The translations under genes and the position numbers were made by a program. Positions 19,253 to 25,712 of a DNA stretch of 32,000 bases are shown here, piece after piece. Positions within the stretch are counted from its first letter, which is position 1. Each line of letters opens with the position of its first letter. A model generated the notes under the pieces. The model searched no databases and was not told the origin of the DNA. It was given only the letters and a program-made list of their open reading frames with translations. Where the stretch lies: assembly GCF_014280195.1 (NCBI RefSeq), contig NZ_CP047960.1:2160001-2192000 (forward strand), written 5' to 3'. The stretch is from Synechococcus sp. A15-24. Lineage in GTDB: Bacteria > Cyanobacteriota > Cyanobacteriia > PCC-6307 > Cyanobiaceae.

Positions 19253-19549
19253 ATGATCACAACGACGACCCGTCTCCGACTTCAGAACATCTGCGATCGC
19301 ATCGCACAAGGCGAATCAGTCTCCTTAACCGAACGGGTTTACCTACAGAAATTTGCCGATCGAGACCGCAGCGTCCTCTCCTGGATGAACCGGGCTCAAC
19401 GCAGACAGCAACAAGGCGCTGTGACGGGGCTCGACAAACTGCTAATCGACATGGACCTCGGTAGTTGCGATCCAGGTGACATGCATCGCCGCAGTGATGA
19501 CCTCAGCGAGTGGTTCGGCAATGCTGATCCCTGGCTCCGCCGAGATTGA
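19253..19549 (+). CDS. Hypothetical protein (98 aa)
   Basis: The ORF is open and begins MITTTTRLRLQNICDRIAQGESVSLTERVYLQKFADRDRS... It resembles small conserved picocyanobacterial hypotheticals as far as I recall. No function is assigned. Confidence 0.45.
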   Translation: MITTTTRLRLQNICDRIAQGESVSLTERVYLQKFADRDRSVLSWMNRAQRRQQQGAVTGLDKLLIDMDLGSCDPGDMHRRSDDLSEWFGNADPWLRRD

Positions 19550-19567
19550 GGTGGATCTGACCAGCAA

Positions 19568-19831
19568 TCAATCAGCATTCATCCGTTGCTGATGACGGGG
19601 CAGGGCCCACTCAATAAAGGCCTCTTTCTTGTCACGGGAGCCTCGTCGAGCACAACCTGCCGCCGCAGACTCTCTGACGGCATCGCTGAACGCACCAGCT
19701 TGTTCAAGCTCTATGTACTCGCAATGGCATTGGGCTGTCGCAAGATCATTCATCAATTCTGCAACTTCACCCCACATTCTCATCTTTCGTTCCATGCATG
19801 AAGCGTGATAGCTGATGTAATCAGGCTGCAC
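19568..19831 (-). CDS. Hypothetical protein (87 aa or shorter)
   Basis: The ORF is convergent with 19253..19549. Internal Met codons (MERKMRMW..) are alternative starts. No motif is recognised. Confidence 0.35.
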   Translation of the reverse strand: MQPDYISYHASCMERKMRMWGEVAELMNDLATAQCHCEYIELEQAGAFSDAVRESAAAGCARRGSRDKKEAFIEWALPRHQQRMNAD

Positions 19832-20089
19832 GTCAGTTTGTCATTGTCGATCCGTCTGATCGATGCCAACTTGATCCAACCCTCCTCCATCAAAGGCAGC
19901 CGCCGAGGCACCCATCAGCAGAGCGATGCAGACTATCTAGGGCTTCCACATCAGAACAGCATTCAATTCAGAACAGATGCTTCTGCATAACAAACGACTG
20001 ACCAAGTTTTATCGAAGAACAACAACTGAGCACTCCACTCACCTGCGTTCATCAATCACTGAACGCATTGGCGATGGATCACCAATCGT

Positions 20090-20251
20090 CTAGCTCTCGT
20101 CGTTGATCAAACGAAGAGCGGCATTCAACACGGCTTGCTTCGCCTCATTGCGCTTCATCCCTTCACGTTCGAAGTGGCGAACAATGCGGGATAGGTCCCA
20201 CCACACAGCCGCTTCCACTTCATCCATTTTGTTCGCGACATGAAGTGACAT
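20090..20251 (-). CDS. Hypothetical small protein (53 aa)
   Basis: My own translation is MSLHVANKMDEVEAAVWWDLSRIVRHFEREGMKRNEAKQAVLNAALRLINDES*. It is below the ORF-track cutoff and lies just outside the distal att copy. Confidence 0.3.
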   Translation of the reverse strand: MSLHVANKMDEVEAAVWWDLSRIVRHFEREGMKRNEAKQAVLNAALRLINDES

Positions 20252-20296
20252 GGCCGGCAGGCGACTTCTCCACCTCTAGCGAACTACCGCAACGAA

Positions 20297-20349
20297 TGGG
20301 CGATGCTGGGATCGAACCAGCGACAATCTCCTTGTAAGGGAGGTGCTCT
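20297..20349 (-). repeat. Distal att copy: 53-nt duplicate of the 3' part of tRNA-Val (from the D-stem 3' strand to the discriminator base)
   Basis: It matches 27353-27405 at 51 of 53 positions in the same orientation. The two differences (20305 G vs 27361 A; 20321 C vs 27377 T) are the two partners of T-stem pair 49:65. Similarity stops abruptly on both sides. Confidence 0.9.
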
Positions 20350-20396
20350 TTTCTTCAGATTCACTGACACAACTGAGCTAAAGTAATCCTACTAAT

Positions 20397-20420
20397 TTTT
20401 TAGAGCAGTTTTTAGAGCAG
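20397..20420 (+). repeat. Perfect 2 x 12-bp tandem TTTTTAGAGCAG (candidate arm-type recombinase/Xis/regulator site)
   Basis: The sequence 20397-20408 is identical to 20409-20420. The pair lies 48 nt inside the distal att copy. The same core recurs at 22489-22512, 24778-24790 and 27221-27256. Confidence 0.8.
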
Positions 20421-20447
20421 AGCTGCCAAACTCACCGCCCTGTTGTC

Positions 20448-20633
20448 ATGAGCGTGTTGGATCAGTTCAGTGATGACCCAAGACCAATTCTTGAGGTCGC
20501 CTTAGAGCAAGCCACTCCAAACCGAATCAGCAAGGTCACTGTGCAGCGGTGCATCAGCAAGCTGTCCCCGCATTGGACTGATGAGCAGCTCCAACAAGTG
20601 GTGGAAATGTTCCAAGCTCACAGGCTTCTTTGA
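20448..20633 (+). CDS. Hypothetical protein (61 aa)
   Basis: This is the first ORF inside the element on the cargo arm. No motif is recognised. Confidence 0.4.
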   Translation: MSVLDQFSDDPRPILEVALEQATPNRISKVTVQRCISKLSPHWTDEQLQQVVEMFQAHRLL

Positions 20634-20683
20634 TCAAAGGATTTGATCCTTGTAACAATGGGGCAAGCTAGGAGTGCTTTAGA

Positions 20684-21541
20684 TTGAAACGGTTTTCTAT
20701 TGTTGCTGCCCTATGGGCTTTCGGTTGCCCTGTACTCGCACAGGTTGATCCTCAGGTAGCCGAGCAGTGCAAAGACGCCAGAGACTTTCTTGGTTGCGTA
20801 AAAGCTTTTTCTCAGCCAGCAAAAATAAATGATGAATTGTCAGCGCTCAGAGATGCAATGAAAAAAGTTGCGTCCAGGCTTGCATCAGGCACGAGCCTCA
20901 ATAATTCCTCGTCTACATTTCAGCCGGTAATTGATGCTCATGCCATAGTTCCTGCCGAGCAGCAAAATTCTTTGGCATACCAATCTGCTTCCATGGCAAT
21001 CGATTTATTCGACCTTACCCAGTCGGTCTGGCAGTCCAGGATTAGCAATACTGTATTAGCAATGGGGATGGGATCGGTGCCAGGCGTGACTCATTTATAT
21101 CATCAATGCGTGAGTTTCAAGAACCAAGTCGGCCGGTCATATGGCATAATTGGTAAAAGTATTCCCTGGAACTTTAGAGAAACGGGAATGTTTGGAGGCG
21201 GTTGCAATTTATCTGGCAACTCTCCAGAATCTCCTCTTTATAGGTATACGATTGGCATTTTAAAAGAAGGTGCTACAAATCCAAATGACATCAAAGAATA
21301 CTCAATGAAACTAAAGGAGGCTAAGAGACTGGCCTCGCTGGGCCCGTGGAATCGTTATCTAGAGAAAAATCCTGGGATGAAAGCATGGGCAATGGCTAAC
21401 CCTGGCTTAGCTGAGTCAAAGAAGAATGAATACATCAAAAAGAATGGAAGTGATACTGTGAATATGCCTGATTTGCCAGCAAATTTTCGATACTTAAGAG
21501 GAACCAAGGTGGAGGCGATGATCTCAGGCACAGGTTTCTAG
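20684..21541 (+). CDS. Secreted/periplasmic protein of unknown function (285 aa)
   Basis: A TTG start is preceded by GGAG about 10 nt upstream. The signal peptide is MKRFSIVAALWAFGCPVLAQ. The coding sequence is markedly AT-rich compared with everything else in the window. No domain is recognised. Confidence 0.7.
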   Translation: MKRFSIVAALWAFGCPVLAQVDPQVAEQCKDARDFLGCVKAFSQPAKINDELSALRDAMKKVASRLASGTSLNNSSSTFQPVIDAHAIVPAEQQNSLAYQSASMAIDLFDLTQSVWQSRISNTVLAMGMGSVPGVTHLYHQCVSFKNQVGRSYGIIGKSIPWNFRETGMFGGGCNLSGNSPESPLYRYTIGILKEGATNPNDIKEYSMKLKEAKRLASLGPWNRYLEKNPGMKAWAMANPGLAESKKNEYIKKNGSDTVNMPDLPANFRYLRGTKVEAMISGTGF

Positions 21542-21547
21542 GTCGCA

Positions 21548-21763
21548 ATGGCAATCACCACACGAGCACAACGCCAGCAACGCCAAAACGAGGCTCTTCA
21601 GCTGATCAGCAGTGCTAAACCGGCCACCAAACCGGCGGGTAAGGGGCCCCGGGGTAAATCCATTGCAGCGCAATGCATCTCAGCGATTTATGCCCTTAAA
21701 CCCCCCGGCCATGACCTGCCACTACGACAACTGAATCAACCTTTGAAGCAAAACGCTCTCTAG
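21548..21763 (+). CDS. Hypothetical protein sharing its first ~20 codons with the 22108 gene (truncated or mosaic paralogue)
   Basis: MAITTRAQRQQRQNEALQLI.. compares with MAITTRQQRVQRRNEALQLI.. at 22108. The nucleotide similarity starts exactly at the ATG and is lost after about 60 nt. Confidence 0.4.
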   Translation: MAITTRAQRQQRQNEALQLISSAKPATKPAGKGPRGKSIAAQCISAIYALKPPGHDLPLRQLNQPLKQNAL

Positions 21764-21944
21764 CGATTTCCATTCGTCTTATGTTTGTTTCTATTTCAAT
21801 TTCACGCGCCAATTGGAGTAGTTGCGCTTTACAAATCGCTTTGTCGCCAGCAGTTGGATGGATCATGAGACATGACAGAAAATTCATAGCTGAAAAGCTA
21901 AAAGCAATGCCTGCGGCTCTTTCAGAAGCGTCATTTACGTACAC
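21696..21944 (-). CDS. Hypothetical protein (82 aa or shorter)
   Basis: It is the only ORF covering the AT-rich stretch 21770-21950. Its 3' end overlaps 21548..21763, so at most one of the two is correct in the overlap. Confidence 0.25.
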   Translation of the reverse strand: MYVNDASERAAGIAFSFSAMNFLSCLMIHPTAGDKAICKAQLLQLAREIEIETNIRRMEIARERFASKVDSVVVVAGHGRGV

Positions 21945-22107
21945 ACGACCATGAAGCTAGGTAACGACAGTCATCACCAGACAAACGCCTCAAGCCACAC
22001 CAACGTCACCAGTGATGCTCCTCCAATCACTATCGACAACCACTGGTCACGAAACACGCGTGTCATCTCAGCAATGCAGCTGACCCAATAAATCGCCGCT
22101 GATCACC

Positions 22108-22488
22108 ATGGCAATCACCACCAGGCAGCAACGTGTTCAACGCCGTAACGAGGCTCTTCAGCTGATTGCTGATGGTGTGCCACCAACTGACGCAGCGACG
22201 CAATTGTCGTTGAAGTGGGGGTGCTCTCGCAGAACATCACTAAGGGACATAGAACTCGCCCAAAGTGAGCTTGCAACCGCCCTGGACTCATCAGAGTTGC
22301 GGAACATGGTGGGTTGGTTGGCGACGCAGTATCAACGCCTAGCCGCCAAAGCTGAAAGGGACGGCCAGTACGCAGCAGCCTGCGGATGCCTTAATTCCTT
22401 GAGGGTGATGTTGGTGCAGCCGCAACTGGATCGGCAATTTGAAGCGCACTTCCGTGGCCGCTTTACGCACCAAGTCCACAGGCGCTAA
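22108..22488 (+). CDS. Putative helix-turn-helix DNA-binding protein (126 aa)
   Basis: It has an HTH-like segment TDAATQLSLKWGCSRRTSLRDIELAQ followed by a helical tail. Its stop codon is immediately followed by the tandem motif pair at 22489-22512. Confidence 0.6.
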   Translation: MAITTRQQRVQRRNEALQLIADGVPPTDAATQLSLKWGCSRRTSLRDIELAQSELATALDSSELRNMVGWLATQYQRLAAKAERDGQYAAACGCLNSLRVMLVQPQLDRQFEAHFRGRFTHQVHRR

Positions 22489-22512
22489 TGCTCTAAAGAT
22501 TGCTCTAAAAAG
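22489..22512 (-). repeat. Tandem pair of the TTTAGAGCA motif in inverted orientation (TGCTCTAAAGAT TGCTCTAAAAAG)
   Basis: It was read directly from the sequence. It has the same 12-bp phasing as the pair at 20397-20420. Confidence 0.75.
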
Positions 22513-22789
22513 CGGAAAAGCCCACAACAACCGCAGTCACAGCTGGCATTTCAGAAGATTGACCACCTGCTGACGTAGCAGGTGCTCTTAAGGGAATGTA
22601 TCGAGTCCAGCAATCTTGAGACTCAGCCTGCCAGTGAGATCGGAGTGGAACTGGCACAGCGTCCTTGCGCCCTGGATAAGCCAGTAGGGCTTGGGAATGA
22701 CATTTTTGGGTCTCGGGGTAAGATGACCGCGAAATGTGGTGTTTGATTAAAGCCGCAAGGCTTGACTTCTATTTTCATTTCCACCTCTC

Positions 22790-23029
22790 ATGAAAACACT
22801 TCTCTTAATTTCTTCACTGTTAGTTGTACCTGCCGCGGCTAAAGCCGATTCGGTGAACTGTCGAACAATCGGCAACAGCACTTTTTGCAACGGGTATGGA
22901 AGCAATGGCAGCTCTACCTACCAGCAGCGATCTATTGGCAACTCTACTTTTTACAATGGCACAGACAGCTACGGGAATAGATACTCAGGGAGTTGTAGAA
23001 CAATCGGCAACAGCACTTTTTGCAACTGA
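22790..23029 (+). CDS. Small secreted Cys-bracketed triple-repeat peptide (79 aa)
   Basis: The signal peptide is MKTLLLISSLLVVPAAAKA. The mature part contains CRTIGNSTFCNG, RSIGNSTFYNG and CRTIGNSTFCN. The outer repeats are encoded by near-identical 33-nt segments (22858-22890 and 22994-23026). A strong terminator follows. Confidence 0.7.
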   Translation: MKTLLLISSLLVVPAAAKADSVNCRTIGNSTFCNGYGSNGSSTYQQRSIGNSTFYNGTDSYGNRYSGSCRTIGNSTFCN

Positions 23030-23051
23030 GCCTTCGGGCTCTTTTTTTTTT
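23028..23051 (+). terminator. Rho-independent terminator
   Basis: The hairpin is GAGCC ttcg GGCTC, followed by a run of 10 T (23042-23051). It overlaps the stop codon of the peptide gene. Confidence 0.85.
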
Positions 23052-23218
23052 GCTCAGCGCCCGTAATAACCACCCTGCGGTCGTCGGTTGTGCATCTTGA
23101 TGCACAATATCTTGCTCAGCTCACGAGCAGCGGCAACAGCGACTACAAAGCGATCAGATGACCTCCGGACGTGGACCCCATGCCGGATCGTCCTCACCAC
23201 CGATGTACGGAACTGTTG

Positions 23219-24229
23219 TTAGAGGGGGGGGTGCGAGACATGGGAAAAATCCCCAACGCCGTAGAGGTATTCAGGACGGCCACGCTTGCCGGTTCTGCGT
23301 TGGTGACGCTGTAGCTGACCTTGTTCAAACAGGTCAAAGCAGACCAGCCGTGCGTGTTCTGCATTGCCACCAAGAGCTTTGACCATCTCAGTGATGGACT
23401 GATAGCCGTGTTGCTCAACGTGCTGCAGAACCCTTTTGGCCAGGTTTTCTGACTCAACTGGCTTCTGTTGGTCTTGCTGCTCTGCAAGCCACCAGCTGTA
23501 AGTCTCGACATCGCGCTCAAGAACCCATGTGGTGCCTGGCTCGATATTCCGCTTGCCAAGGGCATGCAGTGAAAACTTGCCGTCATTGAGGCTTGTCAAA
23601 CCCCAGCCGTCTTGAACTGCAGCACTGATGGTTCCAATGCCAGAGATGTCGTCCCACTCAATTTCTGAGCGCTTACGCCTGATGCCATTTCCGTCTGGCT
23701 TGCGTTTATTGCAGTGAGCACTCATCAACATCGACACGCCGTTGTTGACCAGGCATTTGTTGAGTCGGTAAAGGACATCAACAATTTCACTGTCAGTTAT
23801 GCGCTGCCCTTCTGAGCACAGAACGGTGGTCAAGCTGTCGCAGCCAATGAAGCCGTACTCCTTTGACTGAATGGTCTCCAGGAGCTGTTCAAATGGAAAC
23901 GGCTCATCTAAGTAGATGACATCAAAGTTGCGTTTCAGTCCCTGACGACGGAACTTGCGTTCGCTGAACTTCTCAGGCTCATCACCTTGAATCAGCAGTG
24001 CCTTGGCCTGCTGTGTTTTAAAGGCACCCAGAAAGGGAGTGCCTTCTTGAACTGCCTCGCAGCAGTGGTTCATCAAGGTTGTTTTGCCAGTGCCCCGCTC
24101 TGCAGGGAACACAACAATGCCGCTGGCAGCGAACTGATGAACGCGCCAGTTTTTTCCTAGGTCCTGCACACCCCCTTTTTTTGAGTCATGGATTAAGTCC
24201 TTTAGTGGCCGGTAGTCGTATTCGCTCAT
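23219..24229 (-). CDS. RepA/AAA_25-type (RecA-fold) replicative helicase-like ATPase with C-terminal winged helix
   Basis: It has Walker A AERGTGKTT, Walker B-like FIGCDS and a SAHCNKRK segment matching the HHxxK-type motif of RepA-like helicases. The C-terminal wHTH-like region reads ITEMVKALGGNAEHARLVCFDLFEQGQL. I place the start at MSEYDY (24229), which overlaps the upstream stop as ATGA. Confidence 0.8.
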   Translation of the reverse strand: MSEYDYRPLKDLIHDSKKGGVQDLGKNWRVHQFAASGIVVFPAERGTGKTTLMNHCCEAVQEGTPFLGAFKTQQAKALLIQGDEPEKFSERKFRRQGLKRNFDVIYLDEPFPFEQLLETIQSKEYGFIGCDSLTTVLCSEGQRITDSEIVDVLYRLNKCLVNNGVSMLMSAHCNKRKPDGNGIRRKRSEIEWDDISGIGTISAAVQDGWGLTSLNDGKFSLHALGKRNIEPGTTWVLERDVETYSWWLAEQQDQQKPVESENLAKRVLQHVEQHGYQSITEMVKALGGNAEHARLVCFDLFEQGQLQRHQRRTGKRGRPEYLYGVGDFSHVSHPPL

Positions 24230-24933
24230 GACAGCCACCCGTGGAGTTCGGGACAGCCGAGATCGTTTTTGCGGAAGCAATCAACGTCACGGCGTTGGTA
24301 CCGCAAGGTCTTGAGCTTGTGCTGCACAGCGATGACAAACCGCCGGTATTTGGGGTTGTGCCTGGCGGCATCAACCAAAAGCGGCAACAACTGGTCGCCC
24401 TTGTATTCCGCCCGGTAAATGGCCTTGAAGTAGTGGCGCAGCTCATCCGGGCTGCACAGTTCAAATTCAGGACATGCCATTGCCTCGCGCCATTCAGCAA
24501 TGAACTGAGGCAGCAGCCTTCGCCACCTTGTACTGACGTTGCGTTTTGCCGTAGCCCGATGCTTGCGTTGACCAGCAGGCAGCCATGGCTTGTACAGGTT
24601 GCAAGCGCCCGTGTGGCCGCAGTTGGTGCGATGCAAGAACCAGGTTTGACCACGCCACCGGAATTGATCCTGCAGCGGGCTGTTGTGGCAGAACAGTGTG
24701 TTGTCGTTGAAGCGGCAGTCGCCGTCTTTAACGCGACCACAAGCGCATGGGTTCTTACGCCCTGATCTGGTCAGCTTCTGCTCTAAAAAATGACCTAGGC
24801 GCGGTTTTATAGATCTAGATCTACTTGTCGCACCAGTCGATTTGGGCGCACTGACACCCTGCTCCGCGAGTAGGTTTTCACTTAGCCTTGAGGTTGTACG
24901 GGCCTCATGGCTGCTCAATTTTTGAGTGGCCAT
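24226..24933 (-). CDS. Zn-ribbon protein, possible primase-type zinc finger/replication initiator
   Basis: The segment PCACGRVKDGDCRFNDNTLFCHN resembles the primase-helicase zinc ribbon (CxxCG..dRFrFdD...C). A second Cys/His cluster reads HRTNCGHTGAC. The N-terminus is basic. No TOPRIM or AEP motif was seen. Confidence 0.65.
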   Translation of the reverse strand: MATQKLSSHEARTTSRLSENLLAEQGVSAPKSTGATSRSRSIKPRLGHFLEQKLTRSGRKNPCACGRVKDGDCRFNDNTLFCHNSPLQDQFRWRGQTWFLHRTNCGHTGACNLYKPWLPAGQRKHRATAKRNVSTRWRRLLPQFIAEWREAMACPEFELCSPDELRHYFKAIYRAEYKGDQLLPLLVDAARHNPKYRRFVIAVQHKLKTLRYQRRDVDCFRKNDLGCPELHGWLS

Positions 24934-24937
24934 TTTT

Positions 24938-25252
24938 TTATTCCTCGTTTGCGATTTGGATCAACAAGTCGGCGTGACAGGGCTTGTCTTCTGAGCACCA
25001 ACAGGCAAGGTCTTTACCCTTCAGCTCTTGTCGAACCTGCTCCCAGTAGTCATCAGCAGCAGGCGAAAGAAGCCAGAACCTGAATTTGTCCACCGCCAGC
25101 TCGTAATAGGTCTCCTCAGGAACACCAGGATCACGATCCTTAGCTGGCGTCACTGGGTATGGATTGCCCCAGCGAGTAGGACGACCGACATAAACGGTGT
25201 TCTTAGGCATCCGCCAACCAGCGGTGCGTTTGCGTTGTATACGTTTAGGCAT
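24938..25252 (-). CDS. DUF4326-family protein
   Basis: It has the family-typical blocks YVGRPTRWGNPY and KGKDLACWCSEDKPCHADLL. Confidence 0.8.
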   Translation of the reverse strand: MPKRIQRKRTAGWRMPKNTVYVGRPTRWGNPYPVTPAKDRDPGVPEETYYELAVDKFRFWLLSPAADDYWEQVRQELKGKDLACWCSEDKPCHADLLIQIANEE

Positions 25253-25479
25253 CAGACCAGCTCCTTGATGAGCTGGTCTGCCTTGCGTTGGATGCGACCA
25301 CGCTTGTGCAGTTCTTTCTGGATACGGTCAACGTCCCAGCGGATGCTGGCGTTAGAACTGGCGCCCAAGAAATAGTGTTCCCCGCCGACCAAGAAGCCGC
25401 CATGGGAGTCTCTGAGGCGTTTTAAATAGCTTTGACTGACTTGGAGATGCTCTGCGGCATCTGGGGTCCGTAACAACAC
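25252..25479 (-). CDS. Excisionase-family (HTH_17/AlpA/MerR-like) DNA-binding protein
   Basis: The pattern (M)LLRTPDAAEHLQVSQSYLKRLRD .. IRWDVDRIQKEL matches the 'LLTvkEaAeyLgVS..tiyrl.. ..r...dl..fl' excisionase HTH pattern. It has a GTG start and overlaps the upstream ORF by 58 nt. Confidence 0.7.
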   Translation of the reverse strand: MLLRTPDAAEHLQVSQSYLKRLRDSHGGFLVGGEHYFLGASSNASIRWDVDRIQKELHKRGRIQRKADQLIKELV

Positions 25480-25712
25480 GGGAGACCTTCCTGTTTAAGG
25501 CCCATGCACTGCGCAATCAGCCGGATGTATGGCTTGTAGTTGCTGAAATCAAAGACAGCATCACCGTGCTGTTCCTTGAGCCTCAACAGGTTTTGGCCAA
25601 TCTGTTCAACGTCTAAACCACCTGCGGGGTAACGGAAGTCAACATCGTGACCGTTAACCAGCATGGCCAGCTTTCCCTGAGCTTTTTTCAGTTTCGACGC
25701 AGTCCGACTCAT
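25422..25712 (-). CDS. Hypothetical protein (96 aa), first gene of the replication/excision operon
   Basis: The ORF is open with an ATG start, downstream of a 231-bp intergenic region. No motif is recognised. Confidence 0.45.
   Translation of the reverse strand: MSRTASKLKKAQGKLAMLVNGHDVDFRYPAGGLDVEQIGQNLLRLKEQHGDAVFDFSNYKPYIRLIAQCMGLKQEGLPCCYGPQMPQSISKSVKAI

Noticed and set aside
21696-21944. A J-domain-like reading of the 82-aa ORF (..FLSCLMIHPTAGDKAICKAQLLQLAREIE..).
   Set aside because: The essential HPD tripeptide is HPT here, and the flanking helices do not match the J-domain pattern convincingly. The ORF itself is doubtful.
22564-22597. The hairpin CACCTGCT-gacgt-AGCAGGTG followed by AGGTGCTCT, which is identical to the last 9 nt of the att identity block. 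This might be an internal or eroded att site marking a composite of two elements.
   Set aside because: A 9-mer match is expected by chance at appreciable frequency in a 32-kb window on two strands. No further tRNA-derived sequence flanks it. It is mentioned only as context for the leader of the peptide gene.
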